A DNA stretch of 63,051 bases, filler included, from Octopus bimaculoides (GCF_001194135.2; 4 parts of 4 records of this genome joined end to end with filler, not necessarily neighbours in it); one strand, 5' to 3'. Counted from the whole stretch's first letter, positions 37,849 through 52,353 are shown. The notes: generated from the sequence alone by a model not told the origin. Program-made: numbers and translations.

Positions 37849-38357
37849 ATTTTTTTTTTTTTTTTTTTTNNNNNNNNNNNNNNNNNNNNNNNNNNNNNNN
37901 NNNNNNNNNNNNNNNNNNNNNNNNNNNNNNNNNNNNNNNNNNNNNNNNNNNNNNNNNNNNNNNNNNNNNNNNNNNNNNNNNNNNNNNNNNNNNNNNNNNN
38001 NNNNNNNNNNNNNNNNNNNNNNNNNNNNNNNNNNNNNNNNNNNNNNNNNNNNNNNNNNNNNNNNNNNNNNNNNNNNNNNNNNNNNNNNNNNNNNNNNNNN
38101 NNNNNNNNNNNNNNNNNNNNNNNNNNNNNNNNNNNNNNNNNNNNNNNNNNNNNNNNNNNNNNNNNNNNNNNNNNNNNNNNNNNNNNNNNNNNNGAATTAG
38201 AGAGTGAGTATTTAGTTGAATGGTAATACTGAGAGAGATTGATAAGAATCAGAAAGAATTGACGAATGAAATGAATAAAAGCTGAATTAGGATTTGATTT
38301 TAAAAAAAGGAATCATTGATAAAGCGAGAGAAGTAAAGAGATGAACGAGAGACTTGG

Positions 38358-38445
38358 AGAAGAAGAAGACGAAGCAGAAGAAGAAGAAGAAGAAGAAGAA
38401 GAAGAAGAAGAAGAAGAAGAAGAAGAAGAAGAAGAAGAAGAAGAA
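38358..38445. repeat. (GAA)n microsatellite
   Basis: Direct reading. Confidence 0.95.
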
Positions 38446-40301
38446 AGGGATTCTGAAAAAAAAAGAGGGAGAAAGACAAATAGGGTAATTTGACTGAAGC
38501 CATTAATAAAGTCTGTGTAAAAATGGTGAGATGATTAGATGGAAAGAAAAAAAAGTTCTGGTTTCATAGGAATGGTAAAGAAATATAGAATCTCATGATG
38601 AATATATAGCATTCCAGATGTTGAAAATACGATATGCCGTCATTTTGAAAGCAGCAGTTGAAAGAGAATACGACTAGCATATTAAAGAGATTTTTTGTTG
38701 CTGCTTTCTAGTATAGTGCTGTTATATATTATCCTTCCTTCGTATGTGTTATCAAGTGTTGTTTTAAGGAGCAACTACGCCATTATAAAGCTCGTATCTT
38801 AATATACCTGTCATGGAATCTACTCAAAACAGCCTGCTTTCTTTTTCTCGCCTTAATATATCGAACAGATGTGTTTATTACATAAAGCATTCTTTAACAT
38901 TAACAACATGTCAGTCAGCAAATTTATATTTATGTATTAAATTATTTATCTTTTGGGGAAGGTTTCTTTTTTTTTAACTTCTCTCATGCCGTTACATTCG
39001 ACTGAACTTCACCTTATCATGTGACATTAATATAGCTTAAAGATGGTGATTAACACGATGCATAAAGAGCGAAAATTTTGAAGAAATATTATAAATACAG
39101 TGTTGTTCGAATGGCTAAGGTTCTAGGTTTCGTCGCAGGTAGATGAGAGTTCTGATTCCACATTTTGTCCATTTTAAAATATTTTTTTTTATCTGTTATT
39201 GAAATAGTAGAAAATCGTATATAGATATAGATATATAGAGATAAATAGATAGATACACACACACACACATACACAAATGTATGCGTGCGTGTGTATATAT
39301 ATATACATAAAAGTGTGTATGTATAAAAGTTGAATATATGTATATGCGTGTTTAACTGATGTATTATACAGACAAAAGACAGAAGATATATATTAATGGG
39401 TTTGCGTCCATGTTCGTGTATACTGACATATACTCAATCACTATCAAATGTATCTATATATATGTGCATGTGTGTGTGTGGGGGGGTACCTTTATGATGT
39501 TCGTCTCTTTAAGTGTGTGCTACGGTTTGTATAGAACGCTCACTATATTAGAATGCAGCCACCTCGACGAACCTCACTACTGAATTCTCTGTATCAAACT
39601 GACCACTTCAAATCTTTATCAATCTAGCAATCTGCTATCAATAACCAACTTCACAAATAATACATCTATTATAATCCTAACACTGAGCTACGCCTATCAA
39701 CTTTATATCTTACCACTGCGCCGTCTATACCAAAGTCACCATATCATTCCAATGAGCCGTCTTTTATTCTTACAAACCAACAGATGTATCCTCTCGCTGC
39801 TGTTATAATTTCATCGTTGTCATCATTCATTTACCCCGGTCATTTTTTCACTCATGTCATCATTTCTTCGTTGAAATCATTGCCGTTGTCCTGACTTCGC
39901 TGTCGTCATCATCTTACTCTTATTACAATATCGTAATAATCTTCTCATCATATCACTGTTGTAATTATTTCGATTCTAAAATCATTTCATAATTTCCCTG
40001 TTGTCATTCGTCATTCTTCTAGTATTTCCACCCGTTCTTCGATATCGTTTCAATTAATTTATTTGTTTTGTTTTTTGCTGCAACTGATTATAGGATACGA
40101 TCTCGATCCAGTGAGATTAGATCTCAATACCGTATAACTACAAACTACACATCGGTAGTCACTTAATATCAAATTCTTTGTCCATGTGGAATGCTTTGGA
40201 CAGGGCATTTTCAGAATACGTGGAACAATATAAATGAAGTTTTTAATTGACATTGAGTAACACTACTAACAGAGTTTCTGTTAACCAAGTGTTACACCAA
40301 A

Positions 40302-40622
40302 AACGGTTCCCCTTCGGTCATGAATGACCATGGGATTGCTTCTAGAATGTTCTCTTCCGAGGCACAAGCCCGGGCAGGGTTGTTTATGGAAGACCAGCAG
40401 TCGCCCATGCATAACAGCCTTCCCTCTCCACGTCACTGTTGTTGTCCAAAAGAAAGGCAGAGGCCGACAGAGCTTGGCACCAGTGACGTCAAAACTCATT
40501 TCCTATAGCTGAGTGAACTGGAGCAACGTGAAAATAAACTGTCTAGCTCAAGAACACAACACACAGCCCAGGCCAAGATAAGAACCCACTACCTCATGAT
40601 TGTGAGCCCGGCGCTCTAACAC
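40302..40622 (-). mobile_element. SINE family C, near full length
   Basis: CCCTTCGGTCATGAATGACCATGGGATTGC...CAGCTGAGTGAACTGGAGCAACGTGAAA...GAGCCCGGCGCTCTAAC. Confidence 0.9.
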
Positions 40623-41117
40623 TAACTGCTGCTCTAAGAACAACATCTATTGACTATGAGGTTCGATATCGACTGAGCTTCCATTGATTAGAAGGTATGC
40701 AACTGGGCTACGTTTCTACTAACAATAAGTAACTTTAAGCACAAGGATTTCTGTTGACATAATAAAGAGAAATAGGTTAGGCTGTTTCTTGTTAGTGCAA
40801 ATACTTCCACCTAATCAAAAGAAGTGTTTGCAGATGGTTGACTAAGATAATCATGCTATGATCTATCTCCACTCATGACTATTTACAATAATCACCAGGG
40901 ATTATGGGAACCGCCAGATCAAACATAAGAAAACTGAATGACAGGTTAAACTGACGACGATACAAAGGTCAATGATTATATAAAGAGGAACAAAATTTGC
41001 AATATAATTCAACCTTGCTCTGAGAGACACTTATTCTATCAAATGTTAAGGTGCGAAATAAACTGGCTATTTCCATGTATATTACTTGCGTTATATGAAG
41101 CTATCATCGCAATCACT

Positions 41118-41810
41118 AGGCGCAGGCATGGCTGTGTGGAAAGAAGATTGCCTTCCAGAAACATGCTTCCGGATTCAGTCTCACTGCGTGGTGCCTTGAG
41201 TAAGTGTTTTCTACTATGTCCTAAGTCACCACCAAAGCCTTCCCAGTGGATTTGGTAGATGGAAACTGAAAGAAACATGTCGTATATACAGGATGGGCCA
41301 AAAGTCACACACAAAATAGGTTCAATATACTCTGGAATTGTTGAAGACATGCTTCAATTTTTATAAAATTGAATAAAATAAATAAGATAGTGAAGAATAT
41401 TCGAGTACTTGAGCAATATGAACAAAATGGATAATAATAATAACAGCATAATGTAAATAAAATGTCAAATGTTTTGGTACGAGACTTTTGGCCCACCCCG
41501 AATGTATGTATGTATGTATGTATGTATGTATGCATATGCGTGTGTATAGGTTGTGTGTGTGTGTGTGTGTGTGTGTGTCTATGAGGGTATGTCTTTGTTC
41601 GGTGTTTGTTCCCCACCACCATTTGACAAACGGTGTTGGTGCGTTTATATCCCCACAACTTAGTAGTTCGAGAAAAGTGATCGATAGAATAAGTACTAGG
41701 TATACAAAATTATCCCTAGAGTTAATTCGTTCAACTAAAACCCTTCAAAGCGGTGCCCCTGCATGGCCGCAATTAAATGACTGAAACAAATAAAAGATAA
41801 AAGATTCCAT
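41118..41810 (+). mobile_element. SINE family A split by a MITE
   Basis: 5' half at 41118-41283 and 3' half at about 41580-41810. Confidence 0.85.
41289..41500. mobile_element. Tc1/mariner-type MITE (212 bp)
   Basis: TIRs CAGGATGGGCCAAAAGTC (41289-41306) and GACTTTTGGCCCACCCCG (41483-41500), 16/18 identical; TA on the left, AA on the right. Confidence 0.75.
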
Positions 41811-42024
41811 TATTGTCTGTATAGAAACTCTGTTATAATCGATGCATAAGATCATTCAACTACACGATGTTACAGATGTATTCGAACTTGGGTATCCAGA
41901 ATAAGGAATAGATTCTTAGCTATGGCTACCATCCAGCTAAACTTCACTCTCAAGTATTGAACTTAATAAACTTATTTCTGTATTTCAGTGAGGGGTTTGC
42001 ACTTTAATATTTTATCATTACTCT

Positions 42025-42232
42025 TTAACTCTTTTACTTGTTGCAATCGCATGATTGCGGCCATGCTGGACCACCGCTTTGAAGGGTTTTAGTCGAACAA
42101 ATTGCCCCCATGACTTTAAAAAAAAAACCAAGTACGTATGCTATCGGTCTCTTTTGCCGAACCGCTAGATTACGGGGACATAAACACACCAAGACCGGTT
42201 GTTAAGCGGTGGTAAGGGACAAACACAAAGAT

Positions 42233-42265
<33 letters not shown>

Positions 42266-42425
42266 CACCTACGACGGGCATCTTTCAGTTTCCGCCTACC
42301 AAATCCACTCAAGAGGCCTTGGTCGGCCCGAAGCTATATTAGAAGACACTTGCCCAAGGTGCCAAGCAGTGGGACTGAATCCGTAACCATGTGGATAGGA
42401 AGCAAGCTTCTTACCACACAGCTAC
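42025..42425 (-). mobile_element. SINE family A, full length
   Basis: Runs from the tail CTCTTTAACTCTTTTACTTG to the head TTACCACACAGCTACGCCT. Confidence 0.9.
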
Positions 42426-43434
42426 GCCTGCACTTATGTATCACATTGCCAAATTTATTACGTTGCGTCATTCCATATATTTATTTCTCTAATAAAACAT
42501 CTGTATGTCAGTCAAGACGCGCTCTGATGTAATGTGTCTATTATTTTGTACTGTCAGTGTATTTACTCTTGTATTATCTCAAGTGTTTTCTGTTCATTGT
42601 TTTAGCATGTTCAAATCAGAACTGTATCTTGGGACACAAACTAATTTTCGTATAAAATTAGAATGGCAATAAATTACAATGAATTGAATCGAAGTGAATT
42701 AAAATTTACTCCTCAGCCAAGATAGCAATGTAACTGTTACGTAGATTAATTGTGCTGCTGCGCGGGGAATAATATAATGGAACAAACAGATAAAGACAGA
42801 TAAATTCAATACGAAATCATAAAGAGGGAGACATCAGAAGGAATACAACCCTATTATAAGGATTTTTCGAAATGAAAAATAGAGGATATTACAAACTTAA
42901 TGAGAACTGGAACATCAGAGCTATCGACACCTAAGTTGTAACGCCCATTATGTTCTTAACGCAATTAATTAGAATATAAGAAGGATAACGAAACTGAACC
43001 TTGTAGATTGATTGCTTTGAGTATTTAAAATAACATTTCATGCAGTAGAAATTGTCATTCTTCGTAGCATGGCATCACCTGCTTCTGAGCTTGCAGCTGT
43101 TGCTCTGGTGTCTTGCTTACTAATGACTGCTAAGTCATTAGTAATTAGAGTTATTATATACGTACTTGTCTCGTTAGGTATTTCCATCTTCAAATGAACT
43201 TAGGAAAGCTATGAGCAGTGCAAATTCACAGTTTTATTGCTACATGTATATAAATCTCAGCCAGTATAACTCTGTAAAGAAAATAACAAACAATTAAAAA
43301 AACAGATAAAAAGAAACGAAAAGGAAACGATATTATTGTTATTAATGCTGGCGTTACTGTTGATTCATTTTCATTAAATTGTTTAAAAGAAACACGTAAA
43401 GCAAATATATGTGTACGTATGTACGCCTGGCCTG

Positions 43435-43475
<41 letters not shown>

Positions 43476-44047
43476 ACGTGCGTGCTAGTAAAAAATTGTT
43501 GACTGCATCATCACTACCGACCCTACTCGCCGCCATCTCGTTTATCATTGTCACTAAATGCCAAAGCTTATAACATTTATCTTTCTTTCATTTACGCTCA
43601 ACACCTTTCCCTTCCGTTCCTCTAAACACTGCATTTCCATCAGCTCTCTGTTAGCAGAAACGGCATTACTTGTATACTGAAATCCATACGTACGCACATA
43701 GATGCATAAATGCATACATACACGCAGCATGCATATGAATATATATTTGTGTGTGTGTGTGTGTGTATGTATGTATATATGTGTATATATATATATGTGT
43801 ATATATATGTATATGTATATATATATGTATATATATATGTATGTATGTATGTATATATATATATATACGTGTATATATATATGTGTGTATATAAATTGTG
43901 TATATATATATATATATATACAGACACACAGACACACACACACAGACACACACACACGCACATACATGTCTATGCACTTGTATGTAAAAACTGACATATA
44001 ACCATGCAAACAGACATGTGCATAAAAAACAGACACACGCACGAGAT

Positions 44048-44087
<40 letters not shown>

Positions 44088-44419
44088 AGTCATTAATGCG
44101 AATATAAAGAGGAAACGAGAGGTCTCAATCATAAAACAAGGGTTATGTCATTTATTGGAAACTAACACCTCACAAATTGTTACTCCGAGTTTCGGACAAT
44201 TATGAGAAATGGAATATTAAATCAGTGTATAGCACATAAACAAGAGAACTGGTTTTAAATCTCATAACAAGAGCTGACTGCATTAAAAGGAAAGTATATT
44301 ATGTAATTGATAAAAAGATATAACCGTTATTTTAAAAATAAGGAGAGGGTATTTGCTATATAGAGGAGAAAAATAAGGTTATGCAGAATGATTTAAATAT
44401 GCTTATGATTGAATCATCC

Positions 44420-44580
44420 CGTAACCTAGCGGTTCAGCAAAAAGATACCGCTAGAATAAATACTAGACTCTGAAAAAAATAAGTACTTGAGTTGGTTTGT
44501 GCGACTAAATCGTTCAAAGCAGTGTCCCAGCATAGCCGCTGTCCAATGACTGAATAATTAAAAGATATAAAATAAAAGAT
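44420..44580 (+). mobile_element. SINE family A, 3' fragment
   Basis: CCCGTAACCTAGCGGTTCAGCAAAAAGATACCGCTAGAATAAATACTAG. Confidence 0.75.
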
Positions 44581-45299
44581 ATGAAAGATCTTTAAAAAAG
44601 GGATGTGTGCGAGAATGAGAAAATTAAAAGGTAAACTAACGGAGAATAAAATTTAATGCTAGTGAGAGGAGAGAAGATAATGTTATGACAATCCAATGAC
44701 AATCCAGAGGTAAAGCGTATGAATCACTCCCTTCGATGTTTGTTTTGTTCTTGCAGGAGCCCAAATACAAAATTTATATTCTAAATCTCATCATTCAAAA
44801 AGCATTCTCAACGGTTTTATCATAGACGCACTGAATGTACAGAATACATTAAACAAATAGATCTTGCTTAGAAAAAGAAAACTTTGTTATGAGTGTTGTT
44901 ACTTTTCGGGCTGTGTTTACATTAGTGCTTGAAAAATCACAATAGCCACTGAGTTCTTTATTTGAAAACATTCAGCACCAAATCATTGAGATTAAGAAAA
45001 GAGTGATAATGATAACAAAAATGATTTTATCAATTCATATAACTTTTTAAAGTGATGTCAAAAATAGCGTTGTTGAGAGAAAAAGTCAGAATATTGCACA
45101 AACACCTCGAGTCTTAACAGAGCCTGCTTCTTTTTAAACTGAAACTATTTCAAGTTACAAAAATGATGATGATATGAATGTAACCCATGAATATGTAATG
45201 GCTCTGATACCTCCACAGGACAAAGTCATTGAAACTAGATCAAATAAGCCTAGCAGAGCTCTCAAGAACGAATGTTCTAAGTTTTATCTTTAGCTTACC

Positions 45300-46250
45300 T
45301 ATAACATTCATATGAAACACTAAGTTAATCTTCTAAAGTGCTTCATGTATTCTGGTCTAGAAACTGGCAAAAAATATTACTAGATCACAAAGCGTGCAAT
45401 CAATGATACAGGTGACGATAAGGTGAGTAAACTCTCAAGCGAACGCAAAGTAGATCAACTAAATGTCACACAAAAGCATTAAGTATCATGGAACCGAGAA
45501 TACTTGAAAATTGTTACTTAAAATCTACTGAGCACTGCCCTTCAAAACATGACGTTATGCGTAAAAATGCAGTAACTGTAGGCAAATTTTCTGTTATTAA
45601 CCGTAAGAAACTTTTGTAATTTCTACATCTTTGAACTAAGGAAAACAAAGAAAAGTTAGAGGTTCATATACTTTGGAGCTCACCCATTATTTTAAAACCA
45701 AATTCTTGATATCATGGCTGAGGGGTTTTCTGTTTTTAGCAGCACAGCAACTGAATATTCCATTATCAATGTTGAAGCTTCAGATGTCTGCAGGATTGAG
45801 CAAAGTGCAATATGTTGAGATTTATCAATAAATGAGAAATTAGAGAGGCTTTCATCGGATTTTATGCAACTCTTTCTAAGTTAATTGTTCTTTATGAGTT
45901 ATTTAAAATGTATTCGGCAAGCAGATATTGAATCTTGACGGAATTGTTGGACAATGTTTTTATGATGCAACAAATATGAGCGGTGTTCATAGAGCTTTGA
46001 TACCAATAATAAAGGAATATTCTCCTCTTGCCGTCTATGTCCATTTTCGAATGCATTTCTTGCTAACAAATATAAATGACTGATATTGAAACCAACCACA
46101 ATATTTTATACCTTACTACTCAGAGCCTTTTCAGTTCTGGACAACTTTTTTGAGGAGAGTCCAAAATAACAAACTTTTTAAAGCGAAACACTCGACAAGG
46201 AAGAAATCTCAAAATGTAAGAAGGCAGTCCTGAAGATATAATGAAGTACA
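45300..46250 (+). pseudogene. hAT transposase relic (DUF4371/ZMYM1-like)
   Basis: NREYLKI, NQILDIMAE, YSIINVEASDVCRIEQSAIC (cf. FSIIADExxDxxxxEQLSIC), DATNMSGVH..IKEYSPLAVYVHF.MH (cf. YDGAxNMSG..AxYVHCxAH) and FFEESPK; heavily disrupted. Confidence 0.75.
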
Positions 46251-46559
46251 TTACGTAGTAGTGAAATAACCTGATATGGTAAAGGCACTACTTCATTCGA
46301 GAGATGATCAAGATAATAAAATATATACAAATAAAAGTGTATTAATAAATGTAATTTTTAACCTCTTATTCAGATTGGTTGCGCTGAAAACAGGACTGTC
46401 AAGCAGAAACAGCTTCAGCAAAAATTCCATGAAGCCGACTGTAGATGAACAACCACAACAATCAAAGAAAAACTTTTAATTGTAAAAATACAGAAAACTT
46501 TTAAAACCATTTGGTAAAACTATCAAAGAAATCATATCCTCCAAGACGCAGGATCATTC

Positions 46560-47789
46560 AAAGACGAAAGAGTTCCACAGACAAAACAAGTCTCATATCG
46601 ATTGCCAAATTTCTGGTCCGGTGATTTTGACTGCAATATAATTGAAATTAGTGAGGTATGGTATAAGAAATTTTATGAGTTAATTTAGAAGTTTGAGTAG
46701 TACGAGTTATATTAATGGTTATTTGTGGAGAGGTTTACTAACTTCTGTTATTTGTGTAGGGCAGAGTGATATAAAAAAAACGATGAATTGCTTATTTAGT
46801 CTTCAGTTTGTCATTTAGGGGTTCTGGTAGCAGGATTGATAAGGGGATATATTGTGAGGTGAGCGGAGGTGGGTTATATTAATAATAGTGTATCGTGGAT
46901 TGTGATCATCGGGATTCTCTTGTATTGGTACATCAGCAAAGGAAAGGCCATCGGATCGAAGTGCGAAAGACTACCACGGTGTATTTATGATTTCATTTTT
47001 GATAAAGCAATTGTAGAAATAGAACCGTCATTTAAACGGTATACCAAGAGACATTTTGTGTACTCTCCTCTATCATAAACTCTGGTGCATGGGAAGAGTG
47101 AAATGGTCACAATCAACTTAGTGTCTTACATCATGATGTTGTTCTGGATCTCTTAAAGACAAAACTGATAATATAAACAAAATTTATCACAGACCATGTT
47201 TCCCAAAATTTCACAGGGAACTGCAGCTGGTGTTAATATTCTTTACAAAACGACCTTGACGGAATACTGCCAATTTTAGACAACTTGGAAACTATTACTG
47301 CTACATTATGTTCTTCAGGGTGCTTCTTCAACTGCTTCAGAAGAATATTGACATATCTTAGCAGTACCAAGACTCAAACGCCACTAGACAGAGTGGCTTT
47401 GTAAAATATCGAACATAAAGAGGCCAACATGTCTGTTGGCAAACACTATCATTAGGTAATTGAAAGGCTTCCCGTTAAAACAGAGAAGAAACAATATTTC
47501 TTTTAAATTCTGTTATGTGTGATTTGTGCAATGTATCGTCGATTGAAAGAGGACACTTTATTAGAATCTGTTTTTTGTGTTTTTTAATATGTATGTAAAA
47601 GTTTAGGTGAATCAAAATTTCTGCTCCGCCTTCACTTAACCAAACAGTTTCATACGCTCATACACATGTTTAAATATATATACTTATATGTATGCATGTA
47701 TGTATGTATGTGTATGTATAAATATGCACACACATATATAGATATGTATGTGAGTATATATATCCGTATATATGCGTATGTGTACGTGT

Positions 47790-47826
<37 letters not shown>

Positions 47827-47950
47827 CAGAGAGAGAAAAACAGGCAAAAAGACAGATGAAAAAGAATAAAAAATGGACTTTATGAAATTTTAAATTCTAT
47901 ATCACTGCAATTGTTTCTACACATCATCACACCCTTAGTACATTGGTGAT
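46560..47950 (+). pseudogene. Possible piggyBac-like transposase relic
   Basis: Weak motif trail: PNFWS, FDKAIV..SFKRY, KLW, HHDVVLDLL, KHYH, CDLCNV, NCF. No convincing TTAA-CCC termini. Confidence 0.3.
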
Positions 47951-48434
47951 ATGATATAATTAACATATTGCATAATCTTTTCCAATCATGTGTTTCACTT
48001 GAATAAGTCCTTCGTTAGATTATTTCACCCCATACAAGAATGAATACCCAAAGATGTGTATGTTTATTCGAGTGTGGAGTGAAATGACTATCTGATCTAA
48101 CGAATATTATCATTATTCAAAATATTCACCTGAAGAAACACATTTTACACTTTTGATACATGATAGCGATTACGCAATATATTAATTATATCTTATCGCC
48201 AATGTATTACGGTTGTAAAGATTTATAGAAACAACTGTAGTGTTATAGAATAAAGAATGTCGTTGAATCAATTTTCTCTTATTTATCTCTTTGCATAAAC
48301 TCTACGGATACAATGGAATTCCAGATGTATATCAAATGACAGGAATATTCCCACTGTGTAATGACATTTGGTAACCAGTACCTGTAGACGAACTTCCTAT
48401 TGCGTATTACAATTTCCCAATTTTGTCAAGTACA

Positions 48435-48466
<32 letters not shown>

Positions 48467-48591
48467 CATATATATATATATATATATATATNNNNNNNNN
48501 NNNNNNNNNNNNNNNNNNNNNNNNNNNNNNNNNNNTTAATTAATTAANNNNNNNNNNNNNNNNNNNNNNNNNNNNNNNNNNNNNNNNNNNN

Positions 48592-48638
<47 letters not shown>

Positions 48639-49265
48639 ACACACACACACACTCACTCACACATACACACACACACGCACACACACATACACACACACAC
48701 ACGCGTGATTGTTATATGGTTATTTAACTATATACATCAACGCTAAATTTGAAGCAATTTTGACATCGAACCATTTTATTAATTCATTTTCGAGCGTTTT
48801 TTGACATCTCAAGAGTATTCTAAATCATACGAGTAAAAGAACGTAATGACACCTAATTGACTTTTAGTAAGATTGATATGTCTCCATAATGGGTTGACCA
48901 AAAAACAGTCTTATGGGTCTTGAAAGTAAAAATATTTATTTTAAAATAGAATATATATATATATGAGCTTCTCCTATCAATATTCGATATAAAATTATTG
49001 ACTATGAAACAGTTTATTACCAAAGTAGCAACTTTCGTCACTTTTGTGTATAAAAACTCTGATGTTTTATATCAGAATAGAAATATTCTTAATGGAAACT
49101 CATAGTTAATTTTCCTATTTTGTGAAGATCCGAAAGGCGCATTTCAGTCTAGCAATCGTGAGGTTTTAGCTTCTGTTAGAAAGTTTTAATGGCGTTTGCG
49201 CGCACTCTGACGTACAATCACTCCTGTGTTCTATATATATGTCTGTCTGTCTGTCTGTCTGTCTT

Positions 49266-49322
<57 letters not shown>

Positions 49323-50865
49323 GCGCGCGTGTATATATATATATANNNNNNNNNNNNNNNNNNNNNNNNNNNNNNNNNNNNNNNNNNNNNNNNNNNNNNN
49401 NNNNNNNNNNNNNNNNNNNNNNNNNNNNNNNNNNNNNNNNNNNNNNNNNNNNNNNNNNNNNNNNNNNNNNNNNNNNNNNNNNNNNNNNNNNNNNNNNNNN
49501 NNNNNNNNNNNNNNNNNNNNNNNNNNNNNNNNNNNNNNNNNNNNNNNNNNNNNNNNNNNNNNNNNNNNNNNNNNNNNNNNNNNNNNNNNNNNNNNNNNNN
49601 NNNNNNNNNNNNNNNNNNNNNNNNNNNNNNNNNNNNNNNNNNNNNNNNNNNNNNNNNNNNNNNNNNNNNNNNNNNNNNNNNNNNNNNNNNNNNNNNNNNN
49701 NNNNNNNNNNNNNNNNNNNNNNNNNNNNNNNNNNNNNNNNNNNNNNNNNNNNNNNNNNNNNNNNNNNNNNNNNNNNNNNNNNNNNNNNNNNNNNNNNNNN
49801 NNNNNNNNNNNNNNNNNNNNNNNNNNNNNNNNNNNNNNNNNNNNNNNNNNNNNNNNNNNNNNNNNNNNNNNNNNNNNNNNNNNNNNNNNNNNNNNNNNNN
49901 NNNNNNNNNNNNNNNNNNNNNNNNNNNNNNNNNNNNNNNNNNNNNNNNNNNNNNNNNNNNNNNNNNNNNNNNNNNNNNNNNNNNNNNNNNNNNNNNNNNN
50001 NNNNNATTTATATATAAATAAATAAAAAAATGGAATAAGAACGCAACAGTTGACAATAAAACATTCGGACAGATAGACGAGGCGACGACGGACAGGAAAA
50101 AACAAGGAAGGGTTATTCGCAAGTTCCTCTCATCCGTCAAGATACCTAATTATCCTTAGAGTTTATCCCGAGAGATGCAACACGGAATTTTGTCAGTGAA
50201 CATGTCGCGCTTCCTTAGAGTTTAGCTTTAGGAATAACGTGGACACGTTCTGACCCGAATCCTTGGAACGAAATGTATGCTGCTAAAGGTAGAACAGAAA
50301 CAAAATTGTTGTGTAACACGAAGTGTGTTTTAATACTATCTCTTTGATATTTGAGTTCAAATACCGTCCTTCAACTTTCATCGCCGATCAAAGAAGTAAC
50401 AATCAAATACTAGAGGCGATATTAATATATTTTTCATTCCCCACCCCCACAAAAAAGAATGTGGAATTGCTCCTATGTACGAAATAATAACAGAGTTTAT
50501 CTAAACTAAAATGAACCTTCATGGACTGCAGTACGGAATCTAGAAGAGAAACGCGAAACACAAAATCAAGTTTGGTACATATAATGTTCATGTAATGTTA
50601 AGTTTTAAATACAAAAATTGTATAATTTTACTTCTGTTCCTGTTAGAATTTATTTCTAATAAACATTTAGAAGTATCGATTTTATTTTCATCAATAAAAT
50701 TATTATTATTGCTTATTTTGTTAATCTTGTTATAAATATATAAATTAACAAATATAATATAATAAATATAATAAAATTAATCAATTCTGCCATTTATTCT
50801 TTTTAGATTCATTCTACCAGAACTGTAGTTATAGAAATTTAGAATTGAGCAAAGAATTTATAATG

Positions 50866-50901
<36 letters not shown>

Positions 50902-50972
50902 NNNNNNNNNNNNNNNNNNNNNNNNNNNNNNNNNNNNNNNNNNNNNNNNNNNNNNNNNNNNNNNNNNNNNNN

Positions 50973-51322
50973 GGCCATGCTGGGGCATCGCTTTCAAGAA
51001 TTTTTAGTCGGATAAATTGACCTCAGTACTTTTTAAAAGTCAAGTACTTATTATATCGGTCTTTTGATGAACCGCTAAGTTTTGGGAACATTAACACACC
51101 AACACCAGTTGTCAAGTGGTCGCGGGGTACAAAAACATACACACAGACACAGACACACACGAACACACATACATATATGATGGGCGTCTTTCAGTTTCCG
51201 TCTACCAAATCCCCTCACTAGGCTTTGGTCGGTCCGAGGCTGTAGTAGAAGACACTTGTCCAAGGTGCCACGCAGTGGGACTGAACCCTGAACCATGTGG
51301 TTGAGAAGCAAATTTCTTACCA
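50973..51322 (-). mobile_element. SINE family A, near full length
   Basis: GGCCATGCTGGGGCA...GTCGGTCCGAGGCTGTAGTAGAAGACACTTG...CTGAACCCTGAACCATGTGG. Confidence 0.9.
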
Positions 51323-51414
51323 TGTGTGTATGCATGCAAGCATCTCAAAAATAAACACCACTATTTTCGAAAGTTTTATTTCTCTTTTTCTTCTTTGGAT
51401 ATTTGCTGGTCGAA

Positions 51415-51733
51415 GAAAATGATCCTTCCAAGCTACTTTGCCGTAGTAACCAAGTTGATGGAGAGACCTAGCAGAAGTATACTGACTCGCCTTTTTTCAA
51501 CAATTCACTTGGCAGTCTGAAGACGCGTGTCAGAAGGCCCAGGTTGATCTGAGCGGGATGCTGTTGATTTATTTCTTTTGTTGGTATGTGTATATTGTAC
51601 AATTACTGTTGGCTATGGCAAGAGAAATTCCGAGGTTTTATGCAATCTTACGCTGGCTAAATCTATCTTCAGACTGACCAACAATATGCTCTCTTTGAAA
51701 ATGAAACTCTTTGGCTTCTGGTGTTTGCGGCAT
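51415..51733 (-). pseudogene. Tc1-like transposase N-terminal (paired-like HTH) relic
   Basis: MPQTPEAKEFHFQREHIVGQSEDRFSQRKIA*NLGISLAIAN, then shifted SRSDQP and LHQLGYYGKVAW (cf. FxRGxIVG..SQRxIA..LGIS, RSGRP, LHxxGxxGRxA). Not in the ORF track. Confidence 0.7.
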
Positions 51734-51767
51734 ATCCAGTTACTATAAACAATTAATATACTCGGCA

Positions 51768-52317
<550 letters not shown>

Positions 52318-52353
52318 ATTATTATTATTACTATTATTATTATTATTATTATT

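Noticed and set aside
44175-44235. Minus-strand CCGAAACTCGGAGTA resembling a hammerhead stem III
   Set aside because: No CUGAnGA core or stem II upstream.
46640-46910. G/T-skewed block (also 22380-22700 and 39560-39760) as a possible mitochondrial insertion
   Set aside because: Only the compositional skew fits; no mitochondrial gene or tRNA motif recognised.
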